A DNA stretch of 64,000 nt from Armatimonadota bacterium (GTDB lineage: Bacteria > Armatimonadota > Fimbriimonadia > Fimbriimonadales > ATM1), in NCBI GenBank assembly GCA_022567555.1, contig JADFGT010000001.1:5131-69130 (forward strand), read 5' to 3'. The notes under the pieces are model-generated. The model was given only the letters and a program-made list of their open reading frames with translations. It ran no database searches and was not told the origin of the DNA. Below are positions 27,425-36,167 of the stretch, piece after piece. Position 1 is the first letter of the stretch. Every line of letters begins with the position of its first letter. Both the position numbers and the translations under genes were made by a program.

Positions 27425-27733
27425 CTAAACGCCCGGTTCTGGCCCGGGTCCTTGTCCGTGCGGGACCCCTAAGGCGGCCGTCTGCGAGAGGGCGGTCAGG
27501 CGCTCTTCCTGTCTGAGAACGTGATCGGTCATAAGGGCCTTGATTTCGTCCATCTGCGACTGCATGTGGTCCAGGCGCTGCTGCACGCCCGCTTCCGGGC
27601 TCTGGCCCTTCTGCATCATTTCTGCCATCTTCCGCTGATGCCGCAAAAGCATGGCGACAATCGGCACGATCACCACCAAGCCGAAGCCTATGAGCGGTCC
27701 CAACACCTCGGGCCTTAACAGGTTCTCCCACAT
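27425..27733 (-). CDS. Small single-pass membrane protein with a coiled-coil tail (PspB-like architecture)
   Basis: ATG is preceded by AAGGAG at 9 nt. TM segment LGPLIGFGLVVIVPIVAMLL is followed by a Gln/Glu-rich helix. It lies directly downstream of the Pup-ligase homologue. Confidence 0.65.
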   Translation of the reverse strand: MWENLLRPEVLGPLIGFGLVVIVPIVAMLLRHQRKMAEMMQKGQSPEAGVQQRLDHMQSQMDEIKALMTDHVLRQEERLTALSQTAALGVPHGQGPGPEPGV

Positions 27734-27826
27734 TCTTTCGGCGCTCCTTACCTCTCGTCGTTATACCCCTCCGCCATCTGCTGCGTTGCAGGTAGAGGCT
27801 GATTCCGGGCCGGTGTGCCCTGACCC

Positions 27827-29299
27827 CTATTTCCCTAACTGCTTCACCACGTCGGCGTACGTCTCAAATGGGTCCGGCAGTTCGACGACGGTCTGACGGT
27901 CCAGGTAGACGGCCTCCCAGTCCACCCAATACGTAGGCTGCTTCTGGGAAAGAAGGTAGCGCACGAGTTGCGCGCGGCCGTAAGCCCGCGTGTTGCCGGG
28001 CGGTTCGGTCACCGCGTCCACAATCGCCAACTCGTTGACCACCGTTCGCGCCCCGCCCATCTCAGTCAGCGCATGGAAAAGGCTCTTTGCGGGGTCAATG
28101 TTGTGATACTCCATGTCAATGGAGTGGAGGGCGTCCGCGTCCCAGCCGAGGTTCTGGTCCTCCATGTACTGCTCCACGATCTTTCGCTTGGCCACCCAGT
28201 CCAGCCGGTCGGCCAGCGCCATAGGGTCCTTCTCTAACAGGTCGAGCGTTTCGGCCCAGTTGTCAAGAGTCCAGTCGGTTTCCTCGTCGCGGCCGCGAAA
28301 GGTCTCTGCAAGCGTTACGTACTCGCGGTGCAGGTCAACGGCCGGGATCGTCTCCTCGTTCTCCAGTTGCACTATCCACCGGTACGCCGGGTCGCGGCTG
28401 ACCTTCCGCAGCGTGTCGAGCGGGTCGGCCACATGGAGCCGTTCCGGAACGAGATGGTTCTCGATGAGATCGAGCATCAAGCACGTGGTGCCGATCTTAA
28501 GGGCGAAGGCAAACTCCATCTGGTTCGCCTCACCGAACAGCAGGTGCAGCCGGGTGGCGTCGCCGTGAGAGTAAAGCGCCTCCCACTTCGGATTGATGAG
28601 CGCGCGGTTGAAACGGACCCGGCTGGCGATGGTCTTGATGATGTGGTCGGCGCGCTGGCTCAGTTGAAACTCCACGTCCGGATCGGGGTTAACTCCGTAA
28701 ACGTTGCTGACCCATATGTAGTCAACGGGATGCAACGCCAAGTCGTTCATGTCAGGCCGGGCGCCCATGTAATCAATCCGGTGGCCGCCCACGCGCCCGA
28801 CCCCGGCATAGATTTGGCGCGTTACAAGGAACGGATAGAGGAACCGGACGGACTCGTTCAGGAACCGGTCCTCGCTGCGGACGAGATAGTTCTCATGGCA
28901 CCCGAAAGTGTGGCCTCCGAAGTGGTCCACGCTGTTGTTATAGAAACTGACAGAATCCTCAAGCCCAATCTCCTTCAGGGCGCGCGTAATGATCCGGTGG
29001 CCCGCTTTGTCGGCGGCGATTAGATCGAGAATGCTGCGGCACTCCGGCGTTGCGTACTCTTCGTGGGAACCGACGGCGTCAACGTAAAGCCTGCCGCCGT
29101 TGATGAGAAACCCGCCGCTGAAAGCGGGCTCGAACGCCTCGTCTCGCGGGTGAAGGTCAATCGCGCCCAGCCGCTGGTGGTGGAAGACGTGGTCCTTGAC
29201 GGCCTCGACCACGGCCTCGTATCCGAGGTCATCCTCCGTCTCGACGAGGCATCCGAACTCGGTCTCCACTCCGAAGATGCGATTGAGGCCCTCGCTCAT
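27827..29299 (-). CDS. Pup ligase / deamidase family protein (PafA/Dop homologue)
   Basis: NRIFGVETEFG, GGRLYVDAVGSHEEYATPEC, GCHENYLV and FLVTRQIYAGVGRVG line up with the PafA/Dop signature regions. The start is either MSEGL at 29299 or the ORF track start at 29332. Confidence 0.85.
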   Translation of the reverse strand: MSEGLNRIFGVETEFGCLVETEDDLGYEAVVEAVKDHVFHHQRLGAIDLHPRDEAFEPAFSGGFLINGGRLYVDAVGSHEEYATPECRSILDLIAADKAGHRIITRALKEIGLEDSVSFYNNSVDHFGGHTFGCHENYLVRSEDRFLNESVRFLYPFLVTRQIYAGVGRVGGHRIDYMGARPDMNDLALHPVDYIWVSNVYGVNPDPDVEFQLSQRADHIIKTIASRVRFNRALINPKWEALYSHGDATRLHLLFGEANQMEFAFALKIGTTCLMLDLIENHLVPERLHVADPLDTLRKVSRDPAYRWIVQLENEETIPAVDLHREYVTLAETFRGRDEETDWTLDNWAETLDLLEKDPMALADRLDWVAKRKIVEQYMEDQNLGWDADALHSIDMEYHNIDPAKSLFHALTEMGGARTVVNELAIVDAVTEPPGNTRAYGRAQLVRYLLSQKQPTYWVDWEAVYLDRQTVVELPDPFETYADVVKQLGK

Positions 29300-29338
29300 A
29301 CCGTTATTGTACGCCCGGAGCGTGAGTATCATCGGCGC

Positions 29339-30874
29339 GTGAGCCGTATTGCCTGGGTCGCCGCGTGGGCGTTCGCTTTCCTTTTGCTCTCCGGGTTCTG
29401 GACTTACGGGCTGTTCGACCTCGACGAGGGCATCTATGCCGCGGCGCTAAGGGAGATGCTCGAAAGGGGCGATTGGGTCGCCATCAGTTACCGGGGCGAG
29501 CCCTTTTTCGAGAAGCCGATTCTCATTTATTGGTCCGCTATGCTGTTTCTGAAAGCGGGCGTGCCGGATGTATTGGCCCTGCGGCTGGGTCCGGTTCTGG
29601 CGACGGCCGGCACTCTTCTGATAACCACGGCGTTCGCGCGGCGGCGCTTCGGAGACGAGGTCGGGCTCTGGTCGCTCCTAATCCTGGCCTGCTCGCCGCT
29701 GCTGGTTCTGGTCGGCCGGATGTTCCAGCCGGACGCGATGCTCCTCTTCTTCTTGACTGCGGCGCTCGTCAGTTTTTGGGAGGCCGTTCAAGGGAACGGG
29801 CGGTGGCTCTGGGCCGGGGGTGCGGCGCTGGGCTTCGCCGTGCTGGCGAAGGGGCCGGTTGCGCTGGCTCTGTTCCTACCCGTTGCGGCCTATGCGCTGA
29901 TCAGGCTTCGGGCCCCAACGCGCCCCTCTGCTTTGGACTGGGCCGGAGCGACGGTTCTCTTCCTGCTGGTGGTAGGTTCCTGGTACGTGCCGGTGCTGGT
30001 CTTGAAAGGCGGCGACTTCTTTCGAGAGTTCATCGTCGAACAGAACTTGCTCCGCTTCGCCGGCGGCGACACTGCTCATCTCGGACCTTTCTGGTTCTAT
30101 GTTCCGGTGCTGCTCGCGGCGCTGGCGCCGTTTGCGTTTGCCGTCGTAGGGGCAGTCCGGCACGTCCGCAAAGAGCCGGTCGAGGCGTTTCTATGGGCGT
30201 GGGCGGTCGTCGTGTTCCTCCTGTTCAGCGCGGCCGGCTCGAAACTGCCTCACTACATCCTGCCGCTCCTGCCGCCTCTGGCCGTGCTGCTCGCTGTCTA
30301 CGGGGTGCGCCACCGGGCCGCGATTCGGTTCTGGAGCGGCGCATACGGGCTGGTGGCCGGGGCGGGGTTGCTCCTTGCGGCGTGGAACGGCGTTGAGCCG
30401 GGCGGGGCGCTGTACGCGGTCGGCGGCGCCGCAGTGGGGGGCGGCGCTCTGTCGCTGGCCCTCGGTGCGACAGGGCGGTCCTTCTTGGCGCAGGGGCTGG
30501 CCGCCGCCGCTCCGCTCGCCGCCGCGGTCGCGCTCATAGGAGTCCCGCTCTACTGGACCCAAACTCACTGGGACGTCAGGCGGGTTGCCCGGGACGCCGC
30601 GGCCGAGCCGCTGCCGGTTGTCGAGTACCGAATGTCCGGCATGGGCCGCCGGATGCTGACGTCGCACCCGAGCATCCAGTGGTATGCGGGCCGGTCTACG
30701 GAGCCCGCGGTCTGGTTGGACGATCTGGCCCGTCGGTTGGAGACCCCCTTCCAAGTGGTGTCGCGTCGAGGGCGGCTTGGCCCGGACGAGGTGCGAATCT
30801 TGCGAGGGCTCGGCTTAAAGTTGGAGCTGGTGTCGGAGCGCGGCGAGTTCTCTCTTTACGTGGCGAGGCGGTGA
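29339..30874 (+). CDS. GT39/ArnT-like membrane glycosyltransferase (PMT_2 type)
   Basis: GTG at 29339. LFDLDEGIYAAALREMLERGDWVAISYRGEPFFEKPILIYWS is typical of ArnT/PMT-family transferases. There are at least 10 hydrophobic segments. The upstream part of ORF 29063-30874 is antisense to the pafA/dop-like gene. Confidence 0.8.
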   Translation: MSRIAWVAAWAFAFLLLSGFWTYGLFDLDEGIYAAALREMLERGDWVAISYRGEPFFEKPILIYWSAMLFLKAGVPDVLALRLGPVLATAGTLLITTAFARRRFGDEVGLWSLLILACSPLLVLVGRMFQPDAMLLFFLTAALVSFWEAVQGNGRWLWAGGAALGFAVLAKGPVALALFLPVAAYALIRLRAPTRPSALDWAGATVLFLLVVGSWYVPVLVLKGGDFFREFIVEQNLLRFAGGDTAHLGPFWFYVPVLLAALAPFAFAVVGAVRHVRKEPVEAFLWAWAVVVFLLFSAAGSKLPHYILPLLPPLAVLLAVYGVRHRAAIRFWSGAYGLVAGAGLLLAAWNGVEPGGALYAVGGAAVGGGALSLALGATGRSFLAQGLAAAAPLAAAVALIGVPLYWTQTHWDVRRVARDAAAEPLPVVEYRMSGMGRRMLTSHPSIQWYAGRSTEPAVWLDDLARRLETPFQVVSRRGRLGPDEVRILRGLGLKLELVSERGEFSLYVARR

Positions 30875-30990
30875 CCGAGAGATTCGGCGACGGCAGGCTT
30901 GCGCCGATGGTAAAGAACCGGTAGACAGTTCTCTGGTACTTACGACAGCAAGACGTAGACAGGATATTAGAGTCGGAGAGAATGTCAAAA

Positions 30991-31019
30991 AAAGGTCATT
31001 AAAAGGTCTGAAAAAGGTG
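30991..31019 (+). promoter_or_regulatory. Three direct AAAGGTC/G repeats at 11-bp spacing upstream of mraZ (candidate MraZ operator)
   Basis: AAAGGTC at 30991-30997, AAAGGTC at 31002-31008 and AAAGGTG at 31013-31019. They sit in an AT-rich patch, about 20 bp upstream of a TATAGT hexamer (31042-31047). Confidence 0.45.
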
Positions 31020-31135
31020 CGCTTCAGGTCACGGATGCCTGTATAGTGCTTGCAGTGGCTGGTTCGTCCCACGGATGGGATGAGGCTGCCATGAGGCGAG
31101 GGCTGGGCGCTCTCTCCTAATTTCGAAAGGTCGGC

Positions 31136-31681
31136 GTGCAAGGAAGCGGCGTCGGCCTTCCCAAACTGTGGTCCAAGATGGAAAACGTTCCCGCACAGGC
31201 GCCGCCGGCTCCTGCCGGACAGGAACTCCCGATTGTCGTCGGCACGGAGGAGGCCACCCTTGACCAGAAGGGTCGTATTCGTCTGCCGCGCAAGGTCCAC
31301 ATAGCGCTGGGGAAGTCGTTCTATCTATGGTTCACGCCGTGGGGCTGCTTCGCAGCCTTTCCGCAGGCCGTTTGGATGCGGGTGGTGGGCGAGGCGAACG
31401 CCGGGCCGGTTCTCAACCTCGAAGCGCTCGAACGTACGCGTAGGCTCGGCGAGTTCGCCGAGGAGACGCAGTGCGACGACAATGGCCGTTTCGTAATCCC
31501 ATATCGCCTTCGGCAGAGGGCGAAGTGGGAAGGCGGTGACGTGGTTCTTGTGGGATGTACCAACCGGCTCGAGATCTGGCGCAAACAGGAGTACGAAGCG
31601 TACGAAAAGGACCCTGAAGCGTACCTGCGCGGGTGCGGGATGACGGGCGATACTGCGCTGGATTCCCAAGCGGGGAAATAG
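31136..31681 (+). CDS. mraZ: Transcriptional regulator MraZ
   Basis: Two SpoVT/AbrB-like halves (LDQKGRIRLPRKV and DDNGRFVIPYRLR). It is the first gene of the dcw cluster. GTG at 31136 is preceded by GAAAGG; the alternative start is ATG at 31178. Confidence 0.85.
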   Translation: MQGSGVGLPKLWSKMENVPAQAPPAPAGQELPIVVGTEEATLDQKGRIRLPRKVHIALGKSFYLWFTPWGCFAAFPQAVWMRVVGEANAGPVLNLEALERTRRLGEFAEETQCDDNGRFVIPYRLRQRAKWEGGDVVLVGCTNRLEIWRKQEYEAYEKDPEAYLRGCGMTGDTALDSQAGK

Positions 31682-31684
31682 GGC

Positions 31685-32590
31685 GTGGAGCGGCATCGCC
31701 CCGTGATGCTGCAGCCGGTGCTGGACCTGCTGAGGGTCCGCCCGGGAAGTGTGGTGGTTGATGGGACGGTGGGCCACGGAGGGCACGCCGAGGGGATGCT
31801 CGCGGCGGCGGGCGATGAAGGCGTGCTCGTCGCTGCCGATTGGGACGAGGCGATGCTAAGGAAGGCGGAAGAGAACCTAAAGGGGACCCCGGGCCGGAAG
31901 CGGTTCGTTCACGCAGATTTTCGCGACCTGCCCGCATGGCTGCACGAACATGAGGCCGGCGGAGCCGATGCGATCCTCCTCGACTTCGGCGTGAACCTGC
32001 AGCATTTTCAAGACCCGCTGCGCGGATTCTCCTTTCTGACTGACGCGCCTCTTGACATGCGGATGGACCGGTCATCCAGGGAGACGGCCGCGGCGTGGCT
32101 GGGCCGCGCGACTCATGGCGAGATAGCAGCGGCGCTGCGCGATTACGGCGGCGAGCGCTGGGCCGGACCGATTGCGCGAGAGATAGTCGCCCGCCGAAAG
32201 CGGGGCGGGATGAAGCGCACGACCGATCTGGTGGAGGCTGTGCTCGCCGCTGTTCCGCCGCAGCGCCGGGACAAACGCATTGACCCGGCCACGCGCACGT
32301 TTCAGGCTGTCCGGATCGCAGTGAACCGCGAACTGGAGGGTCTGGAGGACGCGATCCGGGAACTGGCCGCCTGTCTGCGGCCGGGCGGCCGCATGGCGAC
32401 GCTTTCTTATCACTCCGGAGAGGACCGCGCTGCGAAGAACGCGTTCAAGTCGCTGGCCCGGTCGGCTGAGTTTCGAATCGTCACAAAGCGGCCGCTGACG
32501 CCCACGGCCGAGGAGACGCGCGAGAACCCGAGGAGCCGCAGCGCGAAACTCCGAGCCATCGAACGCACAAACAAGGAGACGGACGAATGA
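31685..32590 (+). CDS. rsmH: 16S rRNA (cytosine1402-N4)-methyltransferase
   Basis: HRPVMLQPVLDLL, VDGTVGHGGHA, LDFGVNLQHF, LSYHSGEDR and RSRSAKLRAIER motifs are present. Confidence 0.95.
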   Translation: MERHRPVMLQPVLDLLRVRPGSVVVDGTVGHGGHAEGMLAAAGDEGVLVAADWDEAMLRKAEENLKGTPGRKRFVHADFRDLPAWLHEHEAGGADAILLDFGVNLQHFQDPLRGFSFLTDAPLDMRMDRSSRETAAAWLGRATHGEIAAALRDYGGERWAGPIAREIVARRKRGGMKRTTDLVEAVLAAVPPQRRDKRIDPATRTFQAVRIAVNRELEGLEDAIRELAACLRPGGRMATLSYHSGEDRAAKNAFKSLARSAEFRIVTKRPLTPTAEETRENPRSRSAKLRAIERTNKETDE

Positions 32591-32943
32591 GCGCAATCTC
32601 GCATCCGGGAACGGCCGCCGGCACCCTAACCAGAACGCGCGTTCGGGTCTTGCCGAGAAGACGGGCTATTCGCTTAGGCATAGCGCTGTCATTCCTTCTA
32701 TGCGTCACCGTGCTTACGCTCGTCATACAGCAGGGGCTGATGTTCTGCTGTTTCGTCTTGGCAGAGCAGGCCCGGAACGCCACTTACGTGGCGAACAGGC
32801 GTGCCGAGCAGTCTGAGCTTGCCGTCCTTCAACTTAGGCGGCAGATTGACGAGATAGGTAACCCCGGCGCGGTTGGGGACTGGGCGTACGCTCACGATTT
32901 CGTGGCGGTATTCATTGTTCAGAGTGTGGAGGAGTCGGAATAG
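32587..32943 (+). CDS. ftsL: Cell division protein FtsL-like
   Basis: A 118-aa single-TM protein (ALSFLLCVTVLTLVIQQGL) followed by a coiled-coil. There is an ATGA overlap with rsmH. It sits at the conserved dcw position. Confidence 0.65.
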   Translation: MSAISHPGTAAGTLTRTRVRVLPRRRAIRLGIALSFLLCVTVLTLVIQQGLMFCCFVLAEQARNATYVANRRAEQSELAVLQLRRQIDEIGNPGAVGDWAYAHDFVAVFIVQSVEESE

Positions 32944-34708
32944 GGACACGTCCGGAGACGGACCAGCCCGGGCGCGGATTGCGATCGGGTTCTTAACGTT
33001 CGGCTTCCTGCTGGTCGGCGCCAATCAGCTGCGCGTGCAGGTCTCGGCTCGCGACGAGATTCTCGCATCGGCGGACGGCGTGGGCCAACTGGTAACCGAG
33101 AGGGCCGTGCCTGCGGAGCGCGGCCGCATCTACTCAGCCGACGGGCGCCTGCTCGCACGGTCGGCGAAACTCTTCAAGATGGGGATGACTCCGGACCGCG
33201 TGCCCTTAAGCCCTGCCTTCTTCGCGGACCTGTCGGAGGCGACCGGAGTCTCGGCCGCCGAACTGATGGATTTCGCCGCTCGGGGCGGTCCGGGGCGGGA
33301 TTGGGAAGACCTGCTGTCGAGAAGCCAGCGTGACGCCGTCCGGCGCATTCGGGCTGACTACCAGGCGGACGGTCTCTGGACCAAATCGGCAGGTAGGCGC
33401 GAGTACCCTATGGGCCCGCTCGCCGCCCCCATTATCGGTTGGGTTACGGACGGACGCGGGCGGACCGGTCTGGAAGCCTCCTTGGAAAGTTCGCTCGCGG
33501 GTGAGAAGGGGTTGGTCGTCGGGGTGACCGACAGGTCGGGGCGGTTTATACCGTGGTTGACGCGTTCGATCCTTTCCCGTCCGGTTAGAAACGGAGCGGA
33601 CGTATACCTGACGATTGACAGCGAGATTCAGCGTGCGGCAATGCAGAGCCTTGCCGCACAGTGCGAACTGCAAAAGGCCGACGATGGCGTGGTTGTGGTG
33701 TTGAACCCCATTAACGGGGACATCCTCGCCCTTGCCACCTGGCCGGACTTTGACCCTGACGACCCGCGGGAAGCGCTGCTCGGGGCGGCAGAGGGGCTGC
33801 GGGTCGTCGGCCCTGAACTGAACCCGGCAGTGGGGCTGCGCTTCGAGCCGGGATCTATGTTCAAAGCGTTCACAGTGGCGCTTGGAATTGATACCGGCGT
33901 TATCGAATCGGGCGAAACCGTAACGTGCGAAGGCCGGAAACGGATCACCGACCGCGTCATTCGGTGCGCCGGCGACCATCGGCTGAAAGCACACGGCGCG
34001 GTAACCAAAGAATTATGTATCGAGGCGAGTTGCAACGTGGCGGCGGCGACATGGGCGGTGGAGATCGGATTCAATCGTTTGGCGGAGATGATACGCGGCC
34101 TCGGGCTTCTTGATCGTCCTGGGATCGGGCTCACTGGGGAGGTCGAAGGTGATCTGGATTTCGATGAATACAACAAGACCCTTCAGGCGGCGAACTTAGG
34201 TTTCGGCCAGTCGCTGAACGCAACACCGGTCGCATTGGCCGGCGCGTTTGCGGTGTTTGCAAACGACGGCATGCTTGTCCGTCCTCGGCTGATCATGAAG
34301 ATCGGCGCTGAGGAGCAGCCGGTGCGCTTCGGAGGCCGGGTCTTTCGGCCCGAGACGGCCCGGCAGGTCTTGGCGATGATGGAGCAGGTGGTGCAAGGAG
34401 AGCACGGAACGGGGCGCTCGCTGCGCATTCCCGGGTATCGCCTCGCGGGGAAGACCGGAACCGCACAGAAGCGGGACCCCGAGACGGGAAGGATGGACAG
34501 CGGGATGTACGTTTCTTCGTTCGTCGGGTATGTTCCGGCGGAGAGTCCGAAAGCGGTCGTATTGGTGATGATTGACAATCCATCCGCGGGACAGTATTAC
34601 GGCGCACAGGTGGCCGGTCCGGTTTTCGATCAGGTTTGCAGGTTCCTCATCAACTATTGGAAAATGCCGGCGGAGCGCGCTTCGGAGGAGAACGTTGCGG
34701 CTCGCTGA
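32873..34708 (+). CDS. ftsI: Penicillin-binding protein (FtsI-type transpeptidase)
   Basis: TM segment IAIGFLTFGFLLVGA. SxxK motif GSMFKAF, SxN motif ASCNVA, KTGT motif GKTGTAQ. The start is uncertain (GTG at 32873 or 32924). Confidence 0.9.
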   Translation: MGTGRTLTISWRYSLFRVWRSRNRDTSGDGPARARIAIGFLTFGFLLVGANQLRVQVSARDEILASADGVGQLVTERAVPAERGRIYSADGRLLARSAKLFKMGMTPDRVPLSPAFFADLSEATGVSAAELMDFAARGGPGRDWEDLLSRSQRDAVRRIRADYQADGLWTKSAGRREYPMGPLAAPIIGWVTDGRGRTGLEASLESSLAGEKGLVVGVTDRSGRFIPWLTRSILSRPVRNGADVYLTIDSEIQRAAMQSLAAQCELQKADDGVVVVLNPINGDILALATWPDFDPDDPREALLGAAEGLRVVGPELNPAVGLRFEPGSMFKAFTVALGIDTGVIESGETVTCEGRKRITDRVIRCAGDHRLKAHGAVTKELCIEASCNVAAATWAVEIGFNRLAEMIRGLGLLDRPGIGLTGEVEGDLDFDEYNKTLQAANLGFGQSLNATPVALAGAFAVFANDGMLVRPRLIMKIGAEEQPVRFGGRVFRPETARQVLAMMEQVVQGEHGTGRSLRIPGYRLAGKTGTAQKRDPETGRMDSGMYVSSFVGYVPAESPKAVVLVMIDNPSAGQYYGAQVAGPVFDQVCRFLINYWKMPAERASEENVAAR

Positions 34709-36167
34709 ATTGATCGCCGACCTGCACGGCCCGAAAGAGGTTTCCGGAGACGCGGATATTTCCGGTGTGTGCATTGACTCGCGTCGCATTGCGGCGGGCG
34801 ATCTGTTCGTGTGTCTTCCGGGAAGCCGGTCAGATTCGCATGAGTTCTTGGACGACGCTTTCCAGGCGGGCGCCGCCGGCGCCGTCGTTGCGCGGCGTGA
34901 AGCGTTCGAATCGCTTCGAATCGGCGGACGTGCGGTCGTGTCGGTTGAAGACGCGACAGACGCGTGCTGGCGGATATGCAAGCGTTTCTATAAAGACCCA
35001 AGCGCGCGCATGAAGATGGTCGGCGTTACCGGCACAAACGGAAAGACAACTGTCGCCTGGATATTGGATCAGTTATTGCGCCGCAGCGGTATGCGTTCCG
35101 CATACCTTGGGACTTTGGGCGTGACCCTTGAAGACGAGTGTCTGAAAACGGAACTTACTACGCCGTTCCCGCCGGAAATATACGCAACGCTCGCCGACAT
35201 TGCAGACCAGGGTGCGCAGGTCGCGGTAATGGAGGTCTCATCGCACGCGCTGGCGCAAAAGCGCGTGGATGGGATCGAGTTCGATCTGGGGATTTTCACC
35301 AATCTATCCCAGGACCATCTTGATTTTCATTCGGATTTGGAAGAGTATTTCCAGGCGAAGCGCCGGCTATTTCACTCTCTTCCGACCTCCAAAGAGATTG
35401 TGACCGTTGCGAATGCAGACGACGAGTTCGGGCGCCGCCTGCTGGCCGAGGCCGCGCAGCCGGTCGGCTTCGGCTCGAATGAATGTGACATGCGTCTTCT
35501 GGATGCCGAAGCGTCGGTGGATTCCCTGCGTTTCTCCGCCTCTTGGCGCGGAAAAAGGTTCGATGCCCATGCGCCGATGGGCGCGCGGTTCAACGTTATC
35601 AATTGTCTGGCCGCCATCACCGCCGCCGCAGCCCTCGGCGTGGATCCCGAATCGTCGGCAGGGGCACTCGCTTCGATTCGTCCCGCGCCGGGAAGGTTTG
35701 AATCTGTGCCGACCGGTTCCGATTTTTCGGTTATTGTGGATTACGCTCACACGCCGGACGCACTGGAAAAACTGCTTGCGTCAGTGCGCGAACTTGGGCC
35801 GAGACATGTTTTGACCGTATTCGGTTGCGGAGGCGATCGTGATCGCGCAAAGCGCCCGCTCATGGCGAAGGCGGTTTCCGAACGATCCGACGCTGTTTAT
35901 CTGACCAGTGACAACCCGCGAACCGAAGACCCGGACCGTATCGTTGCGGACGCACTTCCCGGCGTCCTTTCGAATGTGGAAACACATGTGAATCCTGACC
36001 GTGCAGCTGCGATACGCGATGCGATTTCAGAGGCCCGGTCCGGCGATATCGTCGTCATCGCCGGGAAAGGGCATGAAGAGTATCAGATACTCGGGACCGA
36101 GAAAGTCCCGTTTGATGACCGAAAGGTTGCGGCCCAAGCGATAGCCGAGAGGTTGCCGTGCGGTTAA
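34695..36167 (+). CDS. murE: UDP-N-acetylmuramoyl-tripeptide synthetase (meso-DAP-adding type)
   Basis: TTG at 34695 is preceded by GGAGGAG. P-loop GVTGTNGKTT. DNPRTEDP (DNPR) motif. The ORF track start at 34572 lies inside ftsI. Confidence 0.9.
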   Translation: MRLAELIADLHGPKEVSGDADISGVCIDSRRIAAGDLFVCLPGSRSDSHEFLDDAFQAGAAGAVVARREAFESLRIGGRAVVSVEDATDACWRICKRFYKDPSARMKMVGVTGTNGKTTVAWILDQLLRRSGMRSAYLGTLGVTLEDECLKTELTTPFPPEIYATLADIADQGAQVAVMEVSSHALAQKRVDGIEFDLGIFTNLSQDHLDFHSDLEEYFQAKRRLFHSLPTSKEIVTVANADDEFGRRLLAEAAQPVGFGSNECDMRLLDAEASVDSLRFSASWRGKRFDAHAPMGARFNVINCLAAITAAAALGVDPESSAGALASIRPAPGRFESVPTGSDFSVIVDYAHTPDALEKLLASVRELGPRHVLTVFGCGGDRDRAKRPLMAKAVSERSDAVYLTSDNPRTEDPDRIVADALPGVLSNVETHVNPDRAAAIRDAISEARSGDIVVIAGKGHEEYQILGTEKVPFDDRKVAAQAIAERLPCG

